From: Clostridia bacterium
GTDB taxonomy: Bacteria > Bacillota > Clostridia > UMGS1883
Direction of reading: 5' to 3'
DNA length: 64,000 nt
Assembly (NCBI GenBank): GCA_045661145.1
Contig: JAZRFC010000075.1
Coordinates: 20,763 to 84,762, forward strand
Shown here piece after piece: positions 39,661 to 49,669 of this stretch; the stretch's first letter is position 1; each line of letters begins with the position of its first letter. The notes beneath the pieces were generated by a model. It ran no database searches, was not told the DNA's origin, and worked only from the letters and a program-made list of their open reading frames with translations. The position numbers were made by a program, and so were the translations under genes.

Positions 39661-39744
39661 TCTTTTCTTTGTTTACACCGTATCAAAATTTAATACGCCC
39701 AAAAGCTATGGCACGGATTTTATGTCCGTGCCGTTTTTGTTTTA

Positions 39745-41175
39745 TTATGCCATTCTAAGCTCGGCTTTTTGGGCTGCTATTTCGGCTTTCATTTTCACTA
39801 TGAGTTTTGCAAGTTCGATTTCGCATTCTTCCTCTGTCTTGGCATATATGTTTCTTGCCATTCGTTTGCCGTAGGCATCCTTTGGCGAGTATCTGCCTTC
39901 GTATAGGTGGTCGTTTATTTTGCTGATGCATCCTGTACCGGGCTTTCGCATCTTGCCCTTTTTAGGCTCGAATTTTGTCTCCTGCGGTGGTTGCTCGCTA
40001 TCTGCTTGTACATTCTCGTCTGTGTCTTTTCCCATGCTGAATCGTGCGTTAATTTTGTCTGCGGCATTCTTTTTCATTTCATCTGTACTATGTAGGTATA
40101 TGTCTATTGTTGTTTTGCTTGATATGTGTCCGAGTATGGTGGATAGTGTTTTGATGTCCATTCCGTTGGCTACTGCGGTTGTGGAGAATGTGTGCCGTAG
40201 GTCATGGAATCGGACCTTTTTGCATTCAGCTCGTTCTAATACCACTTGCATCTGGTGATATACCGCTGATGGATCTCTTGGCATTCCTTCGACGCTTGGC
40301 GATGGGAACATCCACTCGGAATCTACTGTCTTCTTATATTCTTTTAGTATGTCCAGTATATTTTGCGGTAGTATTATACTTCGTATGGAGTCTTTTGTTT
40401 TAGGCTCTGTTATTATCAGTTTGCCTTTTACTCGGCCGACTTGTCTTCCTATGTCCAACTGTCCTGTTTCGAAGTTCAGGTCTTTCCATTTGAGTGCCAT
40501 ATCTTCGCCTCGTCTCATTCCTGTTGCAAGTACCATTATGAAGATTTCGTAGTATCCGTCATATTTGGCTTGTATGAAGAATCTTTTCAGTTCTTCCTTA
40601 CTTAGCACTTGCATCTCTCTTGCTTTCTTTGGTGGCAGTTTACATCCTACGGCAGGGTTTGTTTTGATTAGTCCATCATCTACCGCCCTTTGCAGTGCCG
40701 TTCTGCAGTTTGCGTGGCAGCTCCTGACTAATCTGTCGGATAGTCCTTTGCCGAGGGTGTCGGCATATCTTAGTCTGCCATTCTGCTTGAGGTCCGTGTA
40801 GAATTTTTGCAGGTCATTCTGTGTTAGTTTATTGAGGGGTATATCTCCGAGTTTTGGTATTATGTGTTTGTATATTCTTGATTCATATCCCTCTTGGGTA
40901 GTCATTTTCAGTCCCATCTTGCAGTAGTATTGATACCAGAAGTCTATCCATTCTCCGAAGGGCATACTGCTTTTGACTCGATTCCGTCTTGTGATGCCGA
41001 TTTTGTCCTTGAGTTCATTAAGCTTTTGATTGCATTCGCTCTCAGTTTTGGCAAGGACATTCTTTGTTATCGGCAAGCCCTCTATATCATAGTCTACTAC
41101 AATTCTACCTTCCCATCGGCCATCCTTTCGTAGTCTTATCGTACCTTCGCCGGGTTTTCTCTTTTTCTTTGCCAT
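39745..41175 (-). CDS. Tyrosine-type site-specific integrase with N-terminal AP2-like arm-binding domain and an extra arm-domain-like C-terminal extension
   Basis: N-terminus MAKKKRKPGEGTIRLRKDGRWEGRIVV. The catalytic region HDLRHTFSTTAVANGMDIKTLSTILGH...IDIYLH follows the R..H..R..Y pattern. The C-terminal 70 aa (KMRKPGTGCISKINDHLYEGRYSP...KTEEECEIELAKL) repeats the arm-domain pattern. The ORF extends to 41193. Confidence 0.85.
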   Translation of the reverse strand: MAKKKRKPGEGTIRLRKDGRWEGRIVVDYDIEGLPITKNVLAKTESECNQKLNELKDKIGITRRNRVKSSMPFGEWIDFWYQYYCKMGLKMTTQEGYESRIYKHIIPKLGDIPLNKLTQNDLQKFYTDLKQNGRLRYADTLGKGLSDRLVRSCHANCRTALQRAVDDGLIKTNPAVGCKLPPKKAREMQVLSKEELKRFFIQAKYDGYYEIFIMVLATGMRRGEDMALKWKDLNFETGQLDIGRQVGRVKGKLIITEPKTKDSIRSIILPQNILDILKEYKKTVDSEWMFPSPSVEGMPRDPSAVYHQMQVVLERAECKKVRFHDLRHTFSTTAVANGMDIKTLSTILGHISSKTTIDIYLHSTDEMKKNAADKINARFSMGKDTDENVQADSEQPPQETKFEPKKGKMRKPGTGCISKINDHLYEGRYSPKDAYGKRMARNIYAKTEEECEIELAKLIVKMKAEIAAQKAELRMA

Positions 41176-41189
41176 TTTATCATCTCCTC

Positions 41190-42365
41190 TCATAGTATTT
41201 CATCTAAGAAGCTCCCGACTATTTCGGATGCTCTCTTTTGCATATCGCCTGTTACATGTGTGTATGTATCTACTGTGAAGCTCGGATTTGTATGCCCGAG
41301 TATAGTTGACAGTGTTATCACATCCACTCCTGTTGCTAATGCATGTGTTGCGAAGGTGTGCCGGAGGTCGTGGAAGGATATGTTCGGCAGATTCAGTTTA
41401 CTTAAGAAGCTTTTCGCTTTCCTGTATGCTGCAGGCGGTGCTATGGGCAGCTTTGGATTCAGGAGGTTCGGGAATATCCATTCTGATATCCGTTTCCTAT
41501 TTCGGAGTCTGTCTGCCGTTATCTTAGGCAGAAGGATTTTTCTCTTGCTTTCGTCCGTCTTAGGTTCACCCTCATATATTTCGTCGCCTTTTAGCAGGGA
41601 TATGCTTGTCTTAATTCTTATGATGCCTTCTTTTTCATCGAAGTCTCTCCACCTTAGTCCGCATATTTCACCTCGTCTTAAGCCAGTGGTTAATTCGAGG
41701 TAGAAGAAGTCGCCCCATTCACTATCTTCATCTATGGTTTGCATCAGTATGTCAAGTTCTGCATTGTTCAGTACCTGAAGGTCTTTCTTCTTTTTCTTCG
41801 GCCTTTTTGTTTTCTTGGTAGGATTCTTTGGGATAAGGTGATTGTTTACCGCTATCTCCATTGCTCTGTGTAGTGTAGCATGTATGTCTATGATGGTGTT
41901 ATCTGCAAGTTCGTGTCCATACACGGGGTGCTCTTTGATTCTGCCCGTCTTCTTTAGTTTGACATACATTCTCTGCACTTCGTTTGTACTCAGGAAGGCA
42001 AGCTTCTTTTTGCCGATATGTGGTCTGATATATGTGTTGACGATTCTTCGATTCCTTTCTACTGTTTGAGGTCTAATTGTTCCGGGCAGGTATTCTGTGA
42101 GCCATTTATCTAACCATTCACTTACGGTCATATTACTGTCCTCGGTTAGTTCTACGCCACGATATTCCTCTTTTAGCTGATTGAACTTTTGCAGGAAGTC
42201 TTTTTGGTTTTTATCGGTTGCATATCTGAATATGGGATCGCCATTCTTCTTGTGTCCGACTACGATTCTGCCTTCCCAGTCACCATTAGCTTTCTGTCTT
42301 ACCATACCATCTCCTGAAGGTCTTCGTTTTGCCATTTTCATCACCTCGCTTTTTCTGTAACACAC
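41190..42365 (-). CDS. Tyrosine-type site-specific integrase with N-terminal AP2-like arm-binding domain
   Basis: MAKRRPSGDGMVRQKANGDWEGRIVVGHKK and HDLRHTFATHALATGVDVITLSTILGHTNPSFTVDTYTHV. The true start is probably the internal Met at ~42341 or ~42335. It overlaps the downstream integrase by 4 nt. Confidence 0.85.
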   Translation of the reverse strand: MCYRKSEVMKMAKRRPSGDGMVRQKANGDWEGRIVVGHKKNGDPIFRYATDKNQKDFLQKFNQLKEEYRGVELTEDSNMTVSEWLDKWLTEYLPGTIRPQTVERNRRIVNTYIRPHIGKKKLAFLSTNEVQRMYVKLKKTGRIKEHPVYGHELADNTIIDIHATLHRAMEIAVNNHLIPKNPTKKTKRPKKKKKDLQVLNNAELDILMQTIDEDSEWGDFFYLELTTGLRRGEICGLRWRDFDEKEGIIRIKTSISLLKGDEIYEGEPKTDESKRKILLPKITADRLRNRKRISEWIFPNLLNPKLPIAPPAAYRKAKSFLSKLNLPNISFHDLRHTFATHALATGVDVITLSTILGHTNPSFTVDTYTHVTGDMQKRASEIVGSFLDEIL

Positions 42366-42518
42366 ACAATACTGTAAAGGTTCGAGTAAGTCAAGCGAAA
42401 AAGCGAAACAAATTTACAAAGAATTTCAAAAGACATATAACAGTAATTTTATTGACATAAACCCAATAGAAAAGAGGTTAAGCATGCATTTTATGCTTAA
42501 CCTCTGGTTATATAGATT

Positions 42519-43076
42519 CTATTCCATTGTGCCTACTATTCTATTTATGTCACCGTCTGAGTCTACTATTATTGTTTTAGTTTTGCTCGGTGCCACATAT
42601 CCAAATCCTTCAATGTAGGTTTTATTTTTTTCTTCTATAATTTCATTTCGTATTTTTGTTTCTTCATCGGTGAGATAGCAGGTGTCCTTTGCCATAATTT
42701 CGTCATTCGGATTTATGGGTTCTGCCGGATTCTTTTCCCATTTCGCATAGAGAACATCAGGTTTTGTGAATTTAAATGTTGTTACCTGATTCTGCTTTGT
42801 TTGGGGATCGGTAAACCATCCCTTGAATGTGTATCCGTATTTTGTCGGGACATAACTTTCAAGGCTGATGCTCTCACCGTACCTTTTGGTTATAGGCCTG
42901 ATAAAGCTTCCACCATCAGATGCGAAGGTTAAGGTTACATTTCCTACGATTCCAAGTTCGTTGTCGAAGGTCACTCGGTACTTACTGATCCACCAAGGTT
43001 CTGCCAATGCTGTGGTTGTCATCAGCATCATTGCTACCAACGCCGTACACAACACTTTTTTCTTCATAATTTTCAT
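42519..43076 (-). CDS. Secreted protein with Listeria-Bacteroides (InlB B-type / Flg_new) repeat
   Basis: Signal peptide MKIMKKKVLCTALVAMMLMTTTALA, and YGYTFKGWFTDPQTKQNQ...DVLYAKW matches the Flg_new repeat. Confidence 0.65.
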   Translation of the reverse strand: MKIMKKKVLCTALVAMMLMTTTALAEPWWISKYRVTFDNELGIVGNVTLTFASDGGSFIRPITKRYGESISLESYVPTKYGYTFKGWFTDPQTKQNQVTTFKFTKPDVLYAKWEKNPAEPINPNDEIMAKDTCYLTDEETKIRNEIIEEKNKTYIEGFGYVAPSKTKTIIVDSDGDINRIVGTME

Positions 43077-43243
43077 CTCCTAAATTTGTATTTACCTTTC
43101 GGTAACACAAACATACCACAGAAGATGGCATAAGTCTACGAAGTTTTTTCAAGGACTTTTTCTTTGTTTAAGGCGTATCATATTTTGATATGCCGATGCA
43201 TGCAAATAGCCTGTCACTAAACAAAGTGACAGGCTATTCGTTA

Positions 43244-43465
43244 TTATTTACTTCCAACTATGATAGCTTCGTATGCATCAAAATAATCTTCTGTATTACT
43301 GCTAAGTCCGCTTGCTTTCCACGCTTGCTCAAAAGTAATATCATTTGTGTTACTCAAAATAATGTAGGTAGAATCTTTTACGGCATTATGCAATCTTCCC
43401 GTAAGTTCTAATCTGTATTTGTATATATATGGAAGTTCTTTTACTTTCCATGTTCCGTCACTCAT
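43244..43465 (-). CDS. Hypothetical small protein (73 aa)
   Basis: ORF only; no motif recognised. Confidence 0.35.
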   Translation of the reverse strand: MSDGTWKVKELPYIYKYRLELTGRLHNAVKDSTYIILSNTNDITFEQAWKASGLSSNTEDYFDAYEAIIVGSK

Positions 43466-43495
43466 TTCATAGTGAGTAGAGGAATAACAAAATTC

Positions 43496-43981
43496 TCAGT
43501 TTTTGATGTATTCAGTTATTTTATCTTCGGGAGTTGCATCGTATGTTTTTACAACATCAGGAGCTTCACCAAACGAAACATCTACTATCTCAAAATACTT
43601 ATCATAATCATCATAATCAATTAAAAGTTGTATGGAATCTTTTATATAATAATTAGCTTTTCCTTCAAGTGCTTTGTCAGGAATTGATGCTTTAAGATTA
43701 ACACCGATAACATATTCAATAGGATTATCGTTTAACTTTTTGATTACATTTTCATCTTTTATGGCAAGTTTTTTCTTCGTGTGCTTTTCATCGTCAAGTG
43801 TTATTTCTAACCACACACCGTCTTTTCTTGAGTTTATAAATTGTTGAGCAGAACACATTACCGAACCTGAAGAAGTAATAGTTTTCTCATCTTTATGATT
43901 TTGAAAATATATAATTCCCGACACAATAACAACGATAAGTAAAGAGATTATTAAGTATGTATATTTCTTTTTCATACACAT
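43496..43981 (-). CDS. Hypothetical membrane-anchored protein
   Basis: An N-terminal TM segment (YLIISLLIVVIVSGIIYF) is followed by a soluble domain. 161 aa. Confidence 0.5.
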   Translation of the reverse strand: MCMKKKYTYLIISLLIVVIVSGIIYFQNHKDEKTITSSGSVMCSAQQFINSRKDGVWLEITLDDEKHTKKKLAIKDENVIKKLNDNPIEYVIGVNLKASIPDKALEGKANYYIKDSIQLLIDYDDYDKYFEIVDVSFGEAPDVVKTYDATPEDKITEYIKN

Positions 43982-43987
43982 GCCTCC

Positions 43988-45817
43988 TTACTTTATCTCA
44001 ATATTTATTTTGTCTGCATATCCTTTGTATGTTTCGTAATCTCCAATATTTGAGCTACTAATCAGTATCTCATCAGAATCAATTTCTGCCGCTACTGTTG
44101 GTTTTGAAACTTCAATTCCATCAACAATGACCTTTATGTAATTCTCGTTGTTTGGATATTCCGATATCTTCTTTGTTGCTTCCCTAAAATCTGCCCTTGC
44201 TTTTTCTGTGATTTTCAGTTCTAATGCAACTCCTGTTACATTACCCGCAGCAGGTCCGTCTTCTGGTCGTGGCAACCAACGCACCTTACAAGACAAAATA
44301 TCTTCATCGGTAATAATGTAATTGTTGTCCTTATCCATAATTTTCAGTACGCTTCTGTTATGAAAATTCACATCCTTGCTGTAATTAATCCGAACAGTTG
44401 ACAATCTTGGGTTAATATCCATTTTCAGCATCTTCATAAGTGCATTGTCGGAATCGCCAAGCATTGTTTCTATAAGCTCTTTTGGAGCGTCAATATGCCA
44501 TTCGTCATAATAGCTGCACACTTCATCGTTAAATTGACTTTCTTCAGGAACTATTTTAGCGATAGTTTTTTCTATTCCGGGATATGTTGCAGCTTCGCCA
44601 TAAAGCTTTACCATATAATCATATATCCCGAGAGCCTCATCAAAAGCTTCGCCCTCTGTTTTGAATACATACTGAAATGCACAAAGAACATCATTATAAA
44701 ATTCAACGACTACATGACCTTTTTTATAACCATTCTTTACAATATACATATTGCCTTCCTGATGCCGTGGAGCAGGATATGCTTCATCGCCTGAGTTTAA
44801 CAAATAACTTTCGTCAATATCCATTTCATCAAGCACTAATTCCTTACTGAGTCCTAAATAGGAATTCATAACTGAAGGACCATATCCCATATCAAGATTT
44901 GCAGGACTGCACGGATTGTATCCTACATAATAATTCAGTGCTTCTGCAAGATACCTGAGAGGTACATAGGTTCTTTCATTTATAATCCGCGCTTCGGTAT
45001 TCATATCATATTCCGTACCATTAATCGTATATTGTCTTTTTCCGATTATAAAGCTAAAACTATCTCCACCGGCACCACCGCTTATTTTACTTTCTTCTTC
45101 AGTTACAGTAGATATGAGAACCTTTTGAATATCAGGAATCCAAGTAACACTGCATCCGAGTTGCTCACAAAACTCTCTAACAGGTATTTGAGTTCTTCCG
45201 TCCACATCAATAAATGGTTTATCCATAAACATCATTTCTTTACCGTCAAGCTCAATTCTAAGCTCTCCATCAAAATCTTTAACATAAACATTTCCCAAAT
45301 ATTCCGGTGCGTTTGAGGCCTGTTCTATTTGATTATTTACAGTGATGAGTGCGATTTTCATATCCTCGGTGAATCTTGCTTTTATTTCAAGCATTCTTCC
45401 AAAGTAATATGAGGAAATATATATCTCATCGCCAATTTTGATTGTCATTGGAGCTGACGGAAACATCTCTGTTTTGTTTTCGTATTGACCATCTTTGGAG
45501 AATGTAGTGAAAAAATCATCACCAACGGTAAATATTGCTTTACCCATTGCACTTTCAGAGTTCTTGCAGTTTTCTCCTTCGGTTATTTCGTAGGTGTTTT
45601 CTGAGGTTTCCTTAATATCATATCCCAATAAAGTACAAAGTTCTTTAATTGGCAAATATTCTGTATCATCAATTACAATGTTATTTACATCATTATACGC
45701 TCCGTCAAGATAGACACTTCTCTTGCTTTCTGAATACACAGGTTCTTCTGCTGATGCAATCACCACCATAGAAAGAAACATTGTAACAGATAAGATAATA
45801 GCCAATAATTTTTTCAT
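43988..45817 (-). CDS. Secreted protein with three copper-amine-oxidase N-terminal-like (stalk) domains
   Basis: Signal peptide from MKKLLAIILSVTMFLSMVVIASA. It has three copies of the motif ..IDDTEYLPIKELCTLLGY.., ..DGRTQIPVREFCEQLGCSVTW.. and ..ERTYVPLRYLAEALNY... The ORF extends to 45874. Confidence 0.7.
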   Translation of the reverse strand: MKKLLAIILSVTMFLSMVVIASAEEPVYSESKRSVYLDGAYNDVNNIVIDDTEYLPIKELCTLLGYDIKETSENTYEITEGENCKNSESAMGKAIFTVGDDFFTTFSKDGQYENKTEMFPSAPMTIKIGDEIYISSYYFGRMLEIKARFTEDMKIALITVNNQIEQASNAPEYLGNVYVKDFDGELRIELDGKEMMFMDKPFIDVDGRTQIPVREFCEQLGCSVTWIPDIQKVLISTVTEEESKISGGAGGDSFSFIIGKRQYTINGTEYDMNTEARIINERTYVPLRYLAEALNYYVGYNPCSPANLDMGYGPSVMNSYLGLSKELVLDEMDIDESYLLNSGDEAYPAPRHQEGNMYIVKNGYKKGHVVVEFYNDVLCAFQYVFKTEGEAFDEALGIYDYMVKLYGEAATYPGIEKTIAKIVPEESQFNDEVCSYYDEWHIDAPKELIETMLGDSDNALMKMLKMDINPRLSTVRINYSKDVNFHNRSVLKIMDKDNNYIITDEDILSCKVRWLPRPEDGPAAGNVTGVALELKITEKARADFREATKKISEYPNNENYIKVIVDGIEVSKPTVAAEIDSDEILISSSNIGDYETYKGYADKINIEIK

Positions 45818-45824
45818 TGTGTAT

Positions 45825-46796
45825 TTACCTCCTTGCTTTTTTCTTCTTGATTTTATATCCAACCAAGAATCCAATACCGCCTACTAATAAAACAACAATC
45901 AAAGTAGCGACTACTTTTGCTTCTGCTGGGTTATTAAACACCCAATATAACAGATTTGCAGAAGGGCTGCTCAATGGTGGTAATTTCGCCTTTGCTTCTT
46001 CAGGGAATAACGAAACCACTTTCTCATAATCTGATGCTTTTATCGTATAATCACCCGTAGGTGCACTATACATTTCAGTTCTTGAACCACTAACCATGCA
46101 TTTATCCCACATATATACTGTGTAAGTTTTATCGCCTTTGTAAGCCACAATGTCAAAACTACCACTACTTGCTTGAGCAAGTACATTTTTTATGTCAGTA
46201 AGATAAATGTTATCCGCCAATTCATAGAACTTTTCCTTATCAATTTCAAAGGCATCACTTGTTCCGTTTAAGCGAATTTCAACCTTATCACATTTTGATT
46301 TTTCTACGCCCAACAGAGCAGTTAAAGAAATTTCATCACCTTCTTCAGTAAAGGTTGCGTTTATCTTGTCAATTCTTTCTTGTTCTGCTTTTTCATATTC
46401 GCCATCATTCAAATAGCTTTCAAATCGTTTCCAAATATCAAAGTCAGTATTTTTAATTTTAAGTGTAGCCGTATCATAGCTTGTAACTTCAAAAATGTTA
46501 GTTTCATTGTTTTCATCAAAATATGTAAAGAGATAAACATTTCCTGCTTTAACTTTAAAATCACCTATGGGGTTCGGTTTATTGTAATGCTGCTTTGTTC
46601 CGGTTAAAACATCACCCTTAATTTTAACACGAGGGCATACCGTAACAGTAGTATCATTATAGGCAAGCACTTCGCCGAAAAAGACTTGTGTATCATCATT
46701 GCTCAGCAAGCCTTCAGGAACATCGCCTGCAAAAACTGATATAGACATTGAAAGAATAATCACAAAAACGCCGAATAAACAGATAAACTTTTTCAT
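45825..46796 (-). CDS. Hypothetical type-I membrane protein (signal peptide, C-terminal TM and KKKKARR tail)
   Basis: ORF with this topology; no motif recognised. Confidence 0.5.
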   Translation of the reverse strand: MKKFICLFGVFVIILSMSISVFAGDVPEGLLSNDDTQVFFGEVLAYNDTTVTVCPRVKIKGDVLTGTKQHYNKPNPIGDFKVKAGNVYLFTYFDENNETNIFEVTSYDTATLKIKNTDFDIWKRFESYLNDGEYEKAEQERIDKINATFTEEGDEISLTALLGVEKSKCDKVEIRLNGTSDAFEIDKEKFYELADNIYLTDIKNVLAQASSGSFDIVAYKGDKTYTVYMWDKCMVSGSRTEMYSAPTGDYTIKASDYEKVVSLFPEEAKAKLPPLSSPSANLLYWVFNNPAEAKVVATLIVVLLVGGIGFLVGYKIKKKKARR

Positions 46797-46807
46797 TACG
46801 CCACCTC

Positions 46808-47362
46808 CTAATTTTCAATAACATAACTCTTTGTTGGCATTACATTTTTAAAATCAACTGCTTTTTCTAATTCTTCCCAAGTTGTTTTGGCAATTTCTTC
46901 TGTGCAAGTATCTTCCAAAAGATGTTGTCCAAATTCTTTTAGCATGTCATACAGTTCCTTTGAAAAGTTTATTTCATATACCGCATCACACCCCGAAACA
47001 TAATCTAAAGTATTTATAATAGCACTAACGTTTCCGTCCTTGTAATAAGATATGTAAGGATATAATTTGTTCAAATTATAACTGTACTTGGTATTGTCTA
47101 TATCTAATTTATGCAAGTCTTTTGCATCGAGAGATTCTGTCTTATTGAGTAAAGCTAGTGTTAAATTTATATAATTGTTCATAAACTCATAGTTGATTTT
47201 ATGTTGTTGCTCATAAGCTTTATAGATTGAACCAATCTGCATACATATTAAAACCACAAATAGAATAATAGCAGTTGTTTTAAATATTTTCTTTTTCATT
47301 GGCAAATACCTCCGGTAATTTTCCTTATATAATATTATATCAGATAATGGTTTTGCTTTCAA
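46808..47362 (-). CDS. Hypothetical membrane-anchored protein
   Basis: The TM segment AIILFVVLICMQIGSI follows the internal Met MKKKIFK at ~47299. 184-aa ORF. Confidence 0.45.
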   Translation of the reverse strand: MKAKPLSDIILYKENYRRYLPMKKKIFKTTAIILFVVLICMQIGSIYKAYEQQHKINYEFMNNYINLTLALLNKTESLDAKDLHKLDIDNTKYSYNLNKLYPYISYYKDGNVSAIINTLDYVSGCDAVYEINFSKELYDMLKEFGQHLLEDTCTEEIAKTTWEELEKAVDFKNVMPTKSYVIEN

Positions 47363-47643
47363 TCGGTATAGAAAATGAAAATAACGACTTTTCTTTTTAC
47401 TACTTGAATAAATGCTTCTATAAGCAAATTGACACCCTTAACAATTAAAGGGTGCCAATTTTATATTTATCCTATTTTGTACCCTTTAGAAACAAGCTCG
47501 GTAACAGTTTTCATACCGATTTCTTTGTTTTCAAAGAATATTTGTTTTGCATTTGGTGATTCCTTAATTGTTATAACTTTTTTATCCTCGTCTATCCACA
47601 CGGACCAAGCTTGTTCCATATTATATCATCATACCCCGCGAAA

Positions 47644-48357
47644 TTATTTTGCTTCTAAAATTGTTCTAAAGGTTTCAAGATCAACACCGTTTTTACCGTC
47701 CATGATAATAAATTCTGCCGTCTTTTCGCTAAAATTAAATCCCGACATTCTCATAAGTGGTACATCAAGAGAATTCACAAGCATAGCAGCAACTGTTCCC
47801 CTCGTAACATCATCAGGACCTTCTAAATATAAACCTGTAAATAACCCAAGTCTGCTTCCGGTCATCATATATCCATGTGGGAATTCACCTTGTTGTTCTG
47901 CCTTTTCCTTATATCCTAAAAGTGTAATAAGCATTTTTGCAAATTCCTGAACAGAAACATTCTTATCAGGCTCAAAAGTTGTTTCTGAAGTTCCTTCTAC
48001 CAATGCATTTACGTGTGCAAATGTAATTTCTTTTACTGCCCAATGATTTTCAATGTCATTGAAAGTAGGTCTGTATAGATAATCATTCAATATATCATTA
48101 TAATTCGCATTCATTCTTGTGATTAAAGCGGCTGCTTCTGCTCTTGTGATAACATCATCTAATCTTAAATTACCATCAGGATCGCCTTTAAGAATACCAA
48201 GTGACACCAACTCAGATGCCTCTGTTTCAAATGTAACAGGTGTACCGCCAATAATGTTGTCGCTCGCTACAGCCTTTTCTGTTGCAAATACGCTTATGCC
48301 CGAAAGCATCATAATCCCTACTAATATTAATGATAATAATTTTTTCATCAATCTCAT
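47644..48357 (-). CDS. SLH-domain-containing secreted protein
   Basis: Signal peptide, then ..GDPDGNLRLDDVITRAEAAALITRM.. and FNDIENHWAVKEI...FEPDKNVSVQEFAKMLITLLGY, which match the S-layer-homology consensus. Confidence 0.65.
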   Translation of the reverse strand: MRLMKKLLSLILVGIMMLSGISVFATEKAVASDNIIGGTPVTFETEASELVSLGILKGDPDGNLRLDDVITRAEAAALITRMNANYNDILNDYLYRPTFNDIENHWAVKEITFAHVNALVEGTSETTFEPDKNVSVQEFAKMLITLLGYKEKAEQQGEFPHGYMMTGSRLGLFTGLYLEGPDDVTRGTVAAMLVNSLDVPLMRMSGFNFSEKTAEFIIMDGKNGVDLETFRTILEAK

Positions 48358-48365
48358 CCTTTCAC

Positions 48366-49010
48366 TTATTTTGTTGCTAAATATTTGCTTTTTATTGTTT
48401 CTTCCGATATTTGATATTCCATCGTTTTTCCAAATGAAGTTTGCTGCATAAGAGGTACATCTATTGCTTTTATAAGGATTTTTGCAATCTCATTCTTGTT
48501 TATCACAAAATCTTCTGCATCGGGATAGAGGATGATTCCTATTTCATTTCCAACTTTTAAGTATCCGTGCGGATAACCACCTCTCTGCATTGCAAGTGGT
48601 TCGTAACCAAGCATAGTTACTAGTGTCTTCACGACTTCATAATATGTGATGTCTACATCAGGATTAAAAATATCATTTCCATATCCACACATGATTTTCA
48701 TACTTTGAACCACACCAATTTGATTTATGTATGGGTTATTATCGGGAACGTCAGTAAAAGTATTTGGCATCGTAACATTTGTCATTTTCAGAGTCTGTGT
48801 AACGATTTTTGCCATTTCTGATCTTGTAATGTTTTGATAAGGTCCAGAGCCAACATCACTCATTATACCTATCTCATACAACTGAGTTAATTCTGATTTA
48901 CGTGTAATCATTCCTTCATCTGTTGACATATTTTCAGCAAGCGCACAAACGCTTAAAAGCATCATAATTCCTACTAATACTATTGATATCAATCTCTTCA
49001 TAACATTCAT
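48366..49010 (-). CDS. SLH-like domain secreted protein (paralog of the preceding gene)
   Basis: FTDVPDNNPYINQIGVVQSMKIMCGYGNDIFNPDVDITYYEVVKTLVTMLGY, and it shares the GYPHGY segment with 47644..48357. Confidence 0.6.
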   Translation of the reverse strand: MNVMKRLISIVLVGIMMLLSVCALAENMSTDEGMITRKSELTQLYEIGIMSDVGSGPYQNITRSEMAKIVTQTLKMTNVTMPNTFTDVPDNNPYINQIGVVQSMKIMCGYGNDIFNPDVDITYYEVVKTLVTMLGYEPLAMQRGGYPHGYLKVGNEIGIILYPDAEDFVINKNEIAKILIKAIDVPLMQQTSFGKTMEYQISEETIKSKYLATK

Positions 49011-49028
49011 CCTTTCATATTTTCTTTA

Positions 49029-49187
49029 TTATTTGTCTCCATTCTTCTTTTTTCTTATCATAAGAATAATTAGTGTTATGAGCACCGCAAAGATAATTCC
49101 ATAAGCGATTATAAGGATTCCGTCCGGTTCACCTAAAAAAGCAAATATTTTATCATTCTGTGCTTCAGGAAGATATGAGTTTTTCAT
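49029..49187 (-). CDS. Possible small membrane peptide (52 aa): MKNSYLPEAQNDKIFAFLGEPDGILIIAYGIIFAVLITLIILMIRKKKNGDK
   Basis: Own translation. An AGGAGG lies 12 nt upstream. It has a C-terminal TM segment and a basic tail. It is not in the ORF track because it is under 60 aa. Confidence 0.3.
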   Translation of the reverse strand: MKNSYLPEAQNDKIFAFLGEPDGILIIAYGIIFAVLITLIILMIRKKKNGDK

Positions 49188-49203
49188 GATTTTTCATAAC
49201 CTC

Positions 49204-49530
49204 CTAATTTGTACTAAAATCAACTAACATTGTTCCCTTGTATCTTAGAGTCCCTTTTTGATTTATTGTATATCCGTTGTAGGAATACTCTGACACATAA
49301 AAGTTCAGTTTTTTATCTCCGGCAAGGAATGTTACAACATAAGAATCTTCGTCACAAAAGTTTTCAGCTTTTCTTGCAAGTCTGCTTTGATAATACTGTT
49401 TGTTTATTACTTTTGCTTCGACTTCTTTTTCGTTGCCGTATTTGTTCAAAATGATGCGTAAGAGAATTCCAACCGTAATTACAATTCCTATAAAGAGGAA
49501 TATAGTATTGATATAATCGCCTATACTCAT
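49204..49530 (-). CDS. Small membrane-anchored protein (DUF2500-like?)
   Basis: 108 aa with an N-terminal TM segment and a beta-rich tail. It lies downstream of HK1 and has a promoter-box-like sequence upstream. Confidence 0.5.
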   Translation of the reverse strand: MSIGDYINTIFLFIGIVITVGILLRIILNKYGNEKEVEAKVINKQYYQSRLARKAENFCDEDSYVVTFLAGDKKLNFYVSEYSYNGYTINQKGTLRYKGTMLVDFSTN

Positions 49531-49563
49531 AACATCACTCCGTTCTTTTTTCTTTGCTAAAGT

Positions 49564-49610
49564 ATATCATATAATGATATAAATTTTATTTTTATTGCAT
49601 AAAATGCACC
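49564..49610 (-). promoter_or_regulatory. Partial copy of a conserved promoter box (shared with 51713-51760 and 61847-61893)
   Basis: TATATCATATAAT...TTGCATAAAATGCAC. Confidence 0.4.
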
Positions 49611-49669
49611 TTTCTCTGTAAAATTGGTAAAAAAATAAATGCCGGACCCGAAGTTCGGCACTTATCTCA

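Noticed and set aside
47429-47950. 173-aa plus-strand ORF overlapping the SLH gene 47644..48357
   Set aside because: It is antisense to a supported gene and its translation is low-complexity. A 50-aa minus-strand ORF at 47467..47619 in the same spacer was also seen but lacks an RBS, so it was not called.
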